A stretch of 64,000 nucleotides of DNA from an uncultured Acidimicrobiaceae bacterium (GTDB lineage Bacteria; Actinomycetota; Acidimicrobiia; Acidimicrobiales; RAAP-2), in NCBI GenBank assembly GCA_963753115.1, contig CAVWBB010000026.1, positions 439 through 64,438 of the forward strand, given 5' to 3'. This document shows positions 9,064 through 17,411 of this stretch, piece by piece (position 1 is the stretch's first letter; every line of letters starts with the position of its first letter). The notes beneath the pieces are model-generated. The model was given only the letters and a program-made list of their open reading frames with translations, searched no databases and was not told the origin of the DNA. Made by a program: the position numbers and the translations under genes.

Positions 9064-9157
9064 GGAAAGTGACTTTACCGGCTGCTCCGGCAATTGTCGA
9101 CATGATTGGTCATATTTGTCCCGGCCGCCGGCGAGCTGACGGAAAGTGGCTTTCACC
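9064..9157. promoter_or_regulatory. pair of related palindromic boxes in the prx / enoyl-CoA hydratase divergent intergenic region
   Basis: GGAAAGTGACTTTACC at 9064-9079 and GGAAAGTGGCTTTCACC at 9141-9157. Each contains an AAAG(T)..(A)CTTT inverted repeat. Spacing is about 77 bp. Confidence 0.3.
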
Positions 9158-9216
9158 TGGGAACCAGCGCGCCCTCAATGTGCGAACACCCCTGGGTGTC
9201 GTGGGAGAATGCCTGT

Positions 9217-10044
9217 ATGTGTCCCACGCCGTCAGCGGGCGACCCGTCACCGGAGCCCTATACGCCGTACCGGGCCGACACGCTGCTGGTCGAGCACGAC
9301 GGGCCCGTGACCGTGGTCACGATCAACCGCCCCGAACGGCGCAATGCCGTCGACAGCGTCTGTGCCGACCAGCTGCGGGAGGCCTTCCTGGCCTTTGACG
9401 CAGACGACGATCGCTCGGTGGCCGTGCTCGCCGGCGCCGCGGGGACCTTCTGCGCCGGCGCCGACCTGAAGGCGGTGGCCGAAGGGGACCGCCGGCCCAT
9501 CCCGGACCACGGGCCCGGGCCCATGGGTCCGACCCGCCTGACACTGGGCAAGCCCGTCATCGCCGCCGTCGAGGGTTATGCCGTGGCGGGTGGGATAGAG
9601 CTCGCGCTGTGGTGCGACCTGCGGGTCGCAGCCGAGGATGCGATCTTCGGCGTCTTCTGCCGACGCTTCGGGGTGCCGCTCTGCGACCTGGGCACGGTGC
9701 GGCTCCCGCGCATCGTCGGGCACGGGCGGGCCATGGACCTCATCCTGACCGGACGGGCCGTGCCGGCCCCCGAGGCTCTCGCCATGGGGCTCGTGAACCG
9801 TGTCGCCGCCCCGGGTGACGCGGTCACCACGGCCGTGGCGCTGGCCCAGCAGCTGGCCGCGCTGCCTCAGGTCTGCCTGCGCTCGGATCGCATGAGCGCG
9901 CTCGAGCAGTGGGGGCAGGCCGAAGAGGATGCGGCCGTCGGCGAGGCCCAGCGCGGGCGTGCGGTCGTGCAGAGCGGGGAGACGCTCGAGGGAGCACTGC
10001 GATTTGCGGGAGGTGCCGGCCGTCGTGGCACTGCGCTCGACTGA
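9217..10044 (+). CDS. enoyl-CoA hydratase/isomerase (crotonase family)
   Basis: VTINRPERRNA, FCAGADLK and AVEGYAVAGGIELALWCD crotonase oxyanion-hole motifs. Start taken at ATG 9217. Confidence 0.85.
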   Translation: MCPTPSAGDPSPEPYTPYRADTLLVEHDGPVTVVTINRPERRNAVDSVCADQLREAFLAFDADDDRSVAVLAGAAGTFCAGADLKAVAEGDRRPIPDHGPGPMGPTRLTLGKPVIAAVEGYAVAGGIELALWCDLRVAAEDAIFGVFCRRFGVPLCDLGTVRLPRIVGHGRAMDLILTGRAVPAPEALAMGLVNRVAAPGDAVTTAVALAQQLAALPQVCLRSDRMSALEQWGQAEEDAAVGEAQRGRAVVQSGETLEGALRFAGGAGRRGTALD

Positions 10045-10786
10045 CGACGCCACGAACGGGCACCGTCCACCGGGCCGCCCGACCGTCGCCGCCTTCGACT
10101 TCGACGGCACGCTCACCGATGCGGGCAGCGCGTTCCCGTTCCTCATCAGCGTGCGTGGGCTCCTGCCCGTGCTGCGCGCCACCTTGCGCCTCTCCCCCGG
10201 CCTCCTGCGTGCCGCCATCGCCGGCGGTACGGCGGCCGATGAAGTCAAGGAGAAGATGTTCCACCGCCTGCTCGGTGGCCTCGCCGTCGAAGAGCTCGAC
10301 CGCCGTTCGGCCGTCTTCGCCCACCGGCACCTCCAGCGCCACCTCCGGGACGACACACGCCGCCGCTTGGAGTGGCACCGTCGTCAAGGTCACTACACCG
10401 TCATCGTGTCGGCCTCACCCGAGTGCTACGTCAGCCCGGCCGGCGAGGAGCTCGGCGTGGACGGCGTCGTCGCGACCCGGCTCGCCGTGGGCGGAGGGGG
10501 CATCCTCACCGGAGGCTACGAGGGGAAGAACTGCCGGGGCGCCGAGAAGTACGCCCGACTCGTCGTCCACCTCCGCGCCCGCGGCCTGCTTTCGAACAAC
10601 GGTGGCGAGCACCCCGTGTTGTGGGCCTATGGCAACAGCCGCGGCGATCTGCGGCTGCTCAACGCGGCGGACCACGGTGTGGACGCCGGACGCCTGGGCC
10701 CGCTGGGCCGCCTGCGCCGGTTCCCCCGGCTCGCCGAGGTTGCCGCGTCAGCCGGGAGTGGCGGCGATCCCGACGGCGTGGCCTGA
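10025..10786 (+). CDS. HAD-IB family hydrolase
   Basis: FDFDGTLT motif I, VIVSASP motif II, and C-terminal YGNSRGDLRLL (motif IV-like). The start is uncertain (GTG 10025, overlapping the upstream stop). The 3' end overlaps the convergent gene by 39 nt. Confidence 0.65.
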   Translation: MALRSTDDATNGHRPPGRPTVAAFDFDGTLTDAGSAFPFLISVRGLLPVLRATLRLSPGLLRAAIAGGTAADEVKEKMFHRLLGGLAVEELDRRSAVFAHRHLQRHLRDDTRRRLEWHRRQGHYTVIVSASPECYVSPAGEELGVDGVVATRLAVGGGGILTGGYEGKNCRGAEKYARLVVHLRARGLLSNNGGEHPVLWAYGNSRGDLRLLNAADHGVDAGRLGPLGRLRRFPRLAEVAASAGSGGDPDGVA

Positions 10787-12922
10787 GTAGCCCTTCACCG
10801 CAGTGGAGACGTCCCCGAAGTAGGGCGCATCGCCATAGGCAAAGGCCTGGCCGCTGCCGTTGACGGCGTCGAAGCCCTGTCCGCTGAAGTCCGGGATCAG
10901 CCCGGTCATCGGGCTCTTCATGGTGCCGAGTGCGGGCGAGGCCCCCGAGATCCCGACCTGGGGCGCATTGCCGAAGTCGTACACGGTGCCGTTGGCGCCG
11001 AGGACCCAGTACCCGCCCCCGTTGGGGGTCGGGGCCACGCCGACGAGCGCGGTGGACGGCGGTGCGCCACCCAGCGAGCCGAAGAAGCCCGCGTCGCCGA
11101 AGGCGAAGACGCCCCCGTCGGACGCGATGAGCCAATAGCCCAAGCCGTCGTGGGTCGGCACCATGCCGATGACCGGCTTGTTGAGCCTCAGGCTGCCGGT
11201 GCTGCCGTAGAAGCCGGCGTCGCCGTACGCGAAGATGCCGCCGTCGGAGGCCACCAGCCAGTACCCACCGCCATCGGGCGTCACCGCCATGCCGACCATG
11301 GGCTTGTTCAGCCGGATGCTCCCGGTGCTGCCGTGGAACTGTGCATCACCGAAGCTGAAGACGCCACCATCGGTCGCCACTTCCCAATAGCCGGCGGCGT
11401 CGTGCGTCGAGGCCAGGCCGACGACCGGTGCATTCAGGTGCATGCCTCCCGTGCTGCCATAGAACTGTGCGTTGCCGAAGCTGAAGACGCCGCCGTCGGC
11501 CGCGTTGATCCAGTAGCCGCCGACACCGCCACTCGCCAGGTTGTTGCCAGCCAGGCTCGTCCCGCCCGGAAGGTTCTGCAGCGTCGCGGGGCCGTAGTAG
11601 TGCGCCACGATCTGTTGATACGTCCAGTTCCCGTCGCCGTTGTCCTGGCCGATGGCGTAGCCGAGGGCGCCCCACTGCCCCATGCCGATGCCGTGGCCCC
11701 AGCCCTGGCCACTGATGAATGCGGAGGAACCGTCCGTGGACGTCACGGTGAAGAGGTCCGACTTGAGACCGAGGTCGACATAGAACGCGGTGCCCGGGAT
11801 CTGGAGGCCAGAAGGCATTGCCGTGCCGACGAGTGTGATGGTGGCGACCCGTCCGAAGGTGTTCTCGTTGAACGGGCGGCCGGGATCGAACGTGGCGCCA
11901 CCGAACCCGGTGAAGGTGCCGATCTGGGGCCATGCATTCTGAATGGCCGTGTAGGAGACCGAGGTCGACCATGCATGGTTCGGGTTGCAGGCCACGTTCA
12001 CGATGCACACCGCGTCGCCATCGTCAGGCACCGCGGTGAACGGCGACTGCTCATTGGCACTCGAGGTGTAGCCACCGGTCGAGGCGGAGTACTCGGTGGT
12101 GGCGATCGTCCCGTTGGGCATGACCATCACCTGGCCTGCCGTGTCGTTGGCGGCGGCGATGCTGGTCGCCGTCTCGTACTGCACGCCGCGGTAGGTCTGG
12201 CACGTCAGGTCGCACGTGTCGGCATAGCCGCCGTACCCGCCCAGGTTGGCCAGGACATAGGAACGGACGGCCACCGCCTGGGCCTCGAGCTCCTGGAAGC
12301 CCCAGTTCATCCCCTGAGGACCGGCGCTCCCGAGGCCGGCCCACGTCGACGGCGATTCACCGGGCACCGTGTCGGCCACGTACTGCTCGAGCGGCAGCGT
12401 GTTGACCGACCTGGCCTGCCCCAGCGAGTTGTACATGGCCGTCAACGTGCCGTGCACGGTGGGGCTGCCACCCGCCACGCACAGTGTCAACAGCCCGCCC
12501 ACGGGTGAGGCCACCGGGTTCGTCTGGCTCGTCGTCACGGCACCCCACGGGCCGCTACAGCCCGGACCGGTGTCGACTTCCCACGTGCCCCCGGTCTGGT
12601 GGAACCGGACGGCCGCCGCTCCGGCGACACCAGGTGCGGACACTTGCCCACCCGATGCCGCCACGATCACATCGAGCCCGTCGTTCTCGGTCATGTCGAT
12701 CCGGACGTTGGTCGAGTCCCCCGGCAAGGCATGCGCCTGGGACGACTGGATCAGCGGCACGGATGGCCGGTCCGGCGCACCGAGGTCGGCCGCCGCCGGA
12801 GATGCGAGGCCGACCAGGGCGGTGGGCACGACGATGCCAAGCGAAACGAAGATCAGGCCGAGCGCCCGGGACGGATGGCGACGCGGCGAACGGAGACGCG
12901 CGACAGCGGTTCTGAACAACAC
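10748..12922 (-). CDS. secreted SpoIID/LytB-domain protein with C-terminal ~39-aa repeat array
   Basis: Signal peptide (LGLIFVSLGIVVPTALVGLASPAAA). SpoIID signature GQGWGHGIGMGQWGALGYA. The C-terminal 257 aa are built of GYW..ASDGG.F.FGDA.F.GS.G...LN.P.VG repeats. Confidence 0.8.
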   Translation of the reverse strand: MLFRTAVARLRSPRRHPSRALGLIFVSLGIVVPTALVGLASPAAADLGAPDRPSVPLIQSSQAHALPGDSTNVRIDMTENDGLDVIVAASGGQVSAPGVAGAAAVRFHQTGGTWEVDTGPGCSGPWGAVTTSQTNPVASPVGGLLTLCVAGGSPTVHGTLTAMYNSLGQARSVNTLPLEQYVADTVPGESPSTWAGLGSAGPQGMNWGFQELEAQAVAVRSYVLANLGGYGGYADTCDLTCQTYRGVQYETATSIAAANDTAGQVMVMPNGTIATTEYSASTGGYTSSANEQSPFTAVPDDGDAVCIVNVACNPNHAWSTSVSYTAIQNAWPQIGTFTGFGGATFDPGRPFNENTFGRVATITLVGTAMPSGLQIPGTAFYVDLGLKSDLFTVTSTDGSSAFISGQGWGHGIGMGQWGALGYAIGQDNGDGNWTYQQIVAHYYGPATLQNLPGGTSLAGNNLASGGVGGYWINAADGGVFSFGNAQFYGSTGGMHLNAPVVGLASTHDAAGYWEVATDGGVFSFGDAQFHGSTGSIRLNKPMVGMAVTPDGGGYWLVASDGGIFAYGDAGFYGSTGSLRLNKPVIGMVPTHDGLGYWLIASDGGVFAFGDAGFFGSLGGAPPSTALVGVAPTPNGGGYWVLGANGTVYDFGNAPQVGISGASPALGTMKSPMTGLIPDFSGQGFDAVNGSGQAFAYGDAPYFGDVSTAVKGYSGHAVGIAATPG
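10751..11521 (-). repeat. coding repeat array (about 6-7 units of ~39-40 aa), beta-propeller-like
   Basis: Periodic GGYW-x-ASDGGVFSFGDAxFxGSxG-x-LNxPxVGM units are visible in the translation. The same unit occurs at 19005-19748. Confidence 0.8.
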
Positions 12923-13011
12923 GATCAGCCAAGGCTATCGGCGCGAGCTGGGGAATTTGGTGCATGGGGTTGCGCAATCGGCATGCGTGGTGCGCCGGTA
13001 CACTCACGGCC

Positions 13012-14106
13012 GTGCGGGTCGACCAGGTCATACCGTCCCTGGCCAGCCGTGACGCAATCGGGGTCCACACCTTGAACCTGCGCAACGGATTACGCGCCGC
13101 CGGCATCGACTCCGACATCTTCTACGGCAGTCACACCGCGGACGTGCAGGCGGAGGGCCGACCGGTGATCGAGCTCGGCCGGGCCAGCCGCGATCGCTGG
13201 CTCCTCTACCAGGCGTCCATCGGGAGTCCCGTCTACGACATCCTGGCGGCGCGGTCCGAGCCCAAGCTGGTCAACTACCACAACATCACCCCGGCTGCCC
13301 TCCTGCGCGACTGGGAGCCGGCCGTCGCCTACGAGGTCGAGCTCGGACGCACGCAGCTCGCCCGCCTCGCGCCGCAGAGCCGCTTTGCCGTCGCCGATTC
13401 CGCCTTCAACGAGTCCGAGCTGCACGCGCTCGGCTACGAGGGGACGGCCGTCGTCCCGCTGCTGATCGACATGCGCTCGAAGAGTGACCAACCCGATCCC
13501 GAACTGGCGCGCGCCTTGGCGCGCCGCAAGGAACGCGACGGTGGGGCCGACCTGCTGTACGTGGGGAAGATCTCCCCCCACAAGGCGCCGCACGATCTCG
13601 TCAAGATGCTCGACGTCCTCCGGCGCACCGATGACCCCGCGGCCCGGTTGCATCTCGTCGGCTCACCGCTCGGTGAGACCTACGAGCCCGCGCTCCGAGG
13701 CTTCATCGACGAGCTCGGCCTGGCCGGGGCCGTCACCCTCCCGGGGTCCGTCAGCGGCGCAGAGCTCGAGGCGTATTTCCAAGCGGCGGACGTCTTCGTC
13801 ATGGCGTCGGACCACGAGGGTTTCTGCGTCCCCCTGGCCGAGGCCATGGGCCACGGCGTCCCGATCGTCGCCTATGGGGTCACCGCCGTGCCCGAGACCG
13901 TCGGCGGCGCGGGCCTGGTGCTGCCGGACAAGTCGGCGGTGCCGTTCGCCGCGGCCGTCGGCCGCGTGCTGCAGGACGCGACGCTGCGGGCGGTCCTGGC
14001 CGGGGCCGGCCGCGCTCGGGCGGCCGAGTTCGATCTGGCCGCGTCCACGACCCGCTTCGTCGAGCTGGTGCAGCGCGCCGTCGGCGTCTCGCCCACCCGC
14101 AGCTGA
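13012..14106 (+). CDS. glycosyltransferase family 4 (GT-B, Glycos_transf_1 type), paralog A
   Basis: C-terminal EGFCVPLAEAMGHGVPIVA (E-x7-E region). N-terminal VDQVIPSLASRDAIGVHTL signature is shared with three other genes in the window. GTG 13012 chosen by alignment to the paralogs. Confidence 0.8.
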   Translation: MRVDQVIPSLASRDAIGVHTLNLRNGLRAAGIDSDIFYGSHTADVQAEGRPVIELGRASRDRWLLYQASIGSPVYDILAARSEPKLVNYHNITPAALLRDWEPAVAYEVELGRTQLARLAPQSRFAVADSAFNESELHALGYEGTAVVPLLIDMRSKSDQPDPELARALARRKERDGGADLLYVGKISPHKAPHDLVKMLDVLRRTDDPAARLHLVGSPLGETYEPALRGFIDELGLAGAVTLPGSVSGAELEAYFQAADVFVMASDHEGFCVPLAEAMGHGVPIVAYGVTAVPETVGGAGLVLPDKSAVPFAAAVGRVLQDATLRAVLAGAGRARAAEFDLAASTTRFVELVQRAVGVSPTRS

Positions 14107-14162
14107 AGCACGGCTGACAACAGCGCAGCCGGGGCAGGGCGTCCCGATCCGGGTGCCGGCCC

Positions 14163-15218
14163 TCAGGCGACCAACGAGGTGACCAGGTCGACGGCACGCC
14201 CGGCGGCGCCCGGGAGGTCGAGGGCGGCGATCCGACGGCCGGCGGCCTCCGCGAGGTTGGCCCGCAACGCAGCGTCGCGCAGGACACGGGCGACCGCGCC
14301 CGCCACCGCGTAGGGATCACGGGCGTCGACGAGGACACCGGCGTCGGCCACCACCTCGGGCAACGCGCCGGCGTCGTTGGCCACGACGGGAAGGCCGAGC
14401 ATCATCGCCTCGAGCACCGGGACGCCGAAGCCCTCGTGGCCCGAGGTCACCACCAGGACGTCGGAGCCGGCCATGGCCTCGACCAGTGCATCGTCGCCCA
14501 CCGAGCCCGCGAAGCGAACCGCATCCTCCAACCCGAGCTCGGCCACGAACCGACGGAGGGCGGCGGTATAGGACGGGACCACCGGGCGGCCCACCACGTC
14601 CAGCGTCGCGTGTGGGTCCTGCCGCGCCCGGGTGACAAGGAGTGCCATGACGGCGAACTCGATCGCCTTGTTCGGGGCGAGGCGCCCGACACTGACCCAC
14701 CGCGCCCCCGGGAGCGTCGCCCCCGCGGCGTGGACGCCGGGAGCGGCCGTCACGATGGCCGCCGGCGGGACCACCGCAGTGTGGGCGAAGCCGGCCTGGC
14801 GCAGCTCCGCCTCGTTGAAGGCCGACACGGCGATGCCGAGTGCGGCGCGCGGAGCCAGCTCGCGGAGCTGTGTCTGAGCCAGCAACTGATGACGGGCCAT
14901 GCCGTTGTTCCACGGCGCGTAGAACTCGGGCGGGGTCACGTTGTGGTAGTTGACGACGAGGGTCTCGGGACGGGCACGGAGCCAGGGGGCGATGGCCGAC
15001 GTGGTGGCGAACTGGTAGAGCAGCACGTCCCCGACCTCCGCCTCGTCCGCGTAGCGGCCGAAGGGCCGCGTCTCGGACGCCGTCTCGGGATCGCTCATCT
15101 CCACGTAGATCTGCGAGGGGATCCCGCGCTCGACCATCACGTCGCGCAGTCGCAGCGTGTGCCGTCCCACCGCGTCGGAACGGTGCAGCATCGGGACGAA
15201 CTGGTGCACGCCGCTCAC
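14163..15218 (-). CDS. glycosyltransferase family 4, paralog B
   Basis: MSGVHQFVPMLHRSDAVGRHTL N-terminus, and HEGFGVPVLEAMMLGLPVVAND in the C-terminal domain. Confidence 0.85.
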   Translation of the reverse strand: MSGVHQFVPMLHRSDAVGRHTLRLRDVMVERGIPSQIYVEMSDPETASETRPFGRYADEAEVGDVLLYQFATTSAIAPWLRARPETLVVNYHNVTPPEFYAPWNNGMARHQLLAQTQLRELAPRAALGIAVSAFNEAELRQAGFAHTAVVPPAAIVTAAPGVHAAGATLPGARWVSVGRLAPNKAIEFAVMALLVTRARQDPHATLDVVGRPVVPSYTAALRRFVAELGLEDAVRFAGSVGDDALVEAMAGSDVLVVTSGHEGFGVPVLEAMMLGLPVVANDAGALPEVVADAGVLVDARDPYAVAGAVARVLRDAALRANLAEAAGRRIAALDLPGAAGRAVDLVTSLVA

Positions 15219-16306
15219 GCCGAGGAGGCCTCCGACCGGGCGAGTGGCAGGAGCAGGTCGACGAACCGGTCCGCCGCCGAACCGAGATGCAGCTCGGCCA
15301 GGCGCCGCCGCCCGGCCTCGACCACTGCGTCGCGCCGGGATGTGTCGGCGAGGAGCGCCGCGATGGCGGCGGCCAGCGCGTACGGGTCCTTGTCCGAGAC
15401 GAGGACCCCGGACCCGCCGAGCACCTCGGGCACCGCACCCTGGTCGAACGCCACGACGGGCAGCCCGGCGGACATGGCCTCGACGACGGGCACGCAGAAT
15501 CCCTCGTGCTCGGATGTCACGACCAGCACGTCTGCGCTGGCGTAGGCCGAGGCGACCGTGGCGTCACTCGCGTGGCCGGCGAACAGGACGGCGTCGGCCA
15601 GGCCGAGCTCGGCCACGTAGCGGTGCAGTGCGTTGACGTAGGAGTCCGTGGCCGGCTTGCCGATGATGTGGAGCGTGGCGTCGGCGTCGCCCTGGGCGTG
15701 GGTGACGGCCAGGGCGGCGATGGTGCTCTCGAGCGCCTTGTTGGGCGAGACCCGGCCGACCGCCAACCAACGCGCCCCGCGACCTGTCGCAGGCGTGGCG
15801 CGCCGCCCGTCGTTCCCCGGGGCCGTGGTCTCTGCATCGAGCGCGGCCGACGGCGAGACCACCGCCGTGACGGCGAAGCCGGAATCGGCCAGATGCGCCT
15901 CGTTGTAGGCCGAGTCCGCCACCGCCAGCGCGGCCCGGGGCGCGAGCAGGCGGAGGTCCCCCTGCGCCCGCAGCTGCCCCAGGGCCAGATGGTTGTCCCA
16001 GGGCGCCATCAATTCGGGGGGCGTGACGTTGTGGTAGTTGACGACGAGGGTCTCAGGCCGGCTCGCGAGCCACGGCGCCATCGCGGAGGCGGTGGCGAAC
16101 TGGTACACGACGACGTCGCCCGGGCGCGCCATCTCGGGATAGGAGAGCACGGCGATCGCCTCGTCGGCGGTGTCATGGTCGATGGTGTCGACGAAGATCT
16201 CCGACTGCACGCCGCGCGCGCGTGTCGCGTCACGCAGTCGGAGGGTGTGCCGTCCCACGGCGTCGCCGCGATGGAGCACGGGGACGAAGTGGTGGATGCC
16301 GCTCAC
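15215..16306 (-). CDS. glycosyltransferase family 4, paralog C
   Basis: MSGIHHFVPVLHRGDAVGRHTL N-terminus and HEGFCVPVVEAMSAGLPVVAFD. There are 4-nt overlaps with both neighbours. Confidence 0.85.
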   Translation of the reverse strand: MSGIHHFVPVLHRGDAVGRHTLRLRDATRARGVQSEIFVDTIDHDTADEAIAVLSYPEMARPGDVVVYQFATASAMAPWLASRPETLVVNYHNVTPPELMAPWDNHLALGQLRAQGDLRLLAPRAALAVADSAYNEAHLADSGFAVTAVVSPSAALDAETTAPGNDGRRATPATGRGARWLAVGRVSPNKALESTIAALAVTHAQGDADATLHIIGKPATDSYVNALHRYVAELGLADAVLFAGHASDATVASAYASADVLVVTSEHEGFCVPVVEAMSAGLPVVAFDQGAVPEVLGGSGVLVSDKDPYALAAAIAALLADTSRRDAVVEAGRRRLAELHLGSAADRFVDLLLPLARSEASSA

Positions 16307-17304
16307 GAGGGGGCAGAGGCCGACACGGCGATCCGCCGGTCCTGGCCACTCCCGTCGGGCAACGGGGCGACCTCGACGAACCCCGCCCGCCGGAGCAACA
16401 GCTCCCAGGTGGCCTCGTGGAGAGGGCGGCCGTCGACCAGGTCCTGCGCGGACGTGTCGCGCGCCGCCAGGGCCGCCACGGGTTCGGCGACCACGACGAA
16501 CGGGCTTCCCCGTCGGAGCACACGGCGGCTCTGGGCCAACAACGGCAGGAGCGCGTGGAGCGGCAGCCGGTCGACCACGCCGCTCAGCACGACACCGCCG
16601 GTCGTCCCGTCGGGGCGGGACGCCAGATGCTCCGACGCTTCGGCGATGGTCACCGAGCAGCCCTGCTCAATGGCACGGAGCGCCACGGCGCCGCGCGGCT
16701 CCACGCCGTGTGCGGCCGCGCCGCGCGCGCGCAACGCGTGCACCAGCGCGCCCTCCCCGCAGTCCGCGTGGACGATCTCGCCACCCGGTGTGCACGCCAG
16801 CACGTGTGCCGCGATGGGACCGGCCCATGCCCCCAGTTCGCGCGCGGGGACGAGCCAGGCGGCGCCCTCCACGGGCCGGTCCTGGGCGGCGAGCCTCGCC
16901 TCGAGCGTCTCGACCCTCGCCGACAGGAAGCGAAAGGCCTCGACCACGTGGCCCATGGCCTCTTCGAGCTCGGTCTTCTCGCCGTTGCCGTCCCCCGGGC
17001 GCGGGGAGCGATCCCTCCTCGGGCGCAACCGGTCGAGGGCGCCGGTCCGCCGTCCCTCGGTCCGGCTTGCCGAGACTGCGTCGGAGAGGGCCGAGGCACC
17101 AGGGTGGTACGGGCCGTAGCGGTCGCCGAGATGCGTGAAGGCCGCCAGGAAGTTCCAGGCGTCACTGCCCTGTGGCGCCAGCCGGGTGAAGGCCTCGCGC
17201 AATGCAGCCGCTGCCCGTACCTGGTCTCCAGCCGGGGGTTCCCCGACCTCGCTCCGGGTTTCGGCGTCATCGGCATCGCCAGTTGGAGGAGGGGCTCCGG
17301 ACAT
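16303..17304 (-). CDS. class I SAM-dependent methyltransferase with N-terminal helical region, paralog 1
   Basis: VHADCGEGALV (motif I-like) and VVLSGVVDRLPLHALLPLLAQSRRVLRRGSPFVV. The upstream segment VEAFRFLSARVETLEARLAAQ looks coiled-coil-like. Paralogous to 23049-24059. Start taken at ATG 17304. Confidence 0.7.
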   Translation of the reverse strand: MSGAPPPTGDADDAETRSEVGEPPAGDQVRAAAALREAFTRLAPQGSDAWNFLAAFTHLGDRYGPYHPGASALSDAVSASRTEGRRTGALDRLRPRRDRSPRPGDGNGEKTELEEAMGHVVEAFRFLSARVETLEARLAAQDRPVEGAAWLVPARELGAWAGPIAAHVLACTPGGEIVHADCGEGALVHALRARGAAAHGVEPRGAVALRAIEQGCSVTIAEASEHLASRPDGTTGGVVLSGVVDRLPLHALLPLLAQSRRVLRRGSPFVVVAEPVAALAARDTSAQDLVDGRPLHEATWELLLRRAGFVEVAPLPDGSGQDRRIAVSASAPS

Positions 17305-17411
17305 GAAACCTGATGCTACCGGCGATGCTCCCTCCCCTTCGGGGGCGGCGCGTTCCCCTCCTGGCGAGGACCGACTACTTTCGGACGCTTGGCCAAGAGA
17401 TTCGGGGCAAC

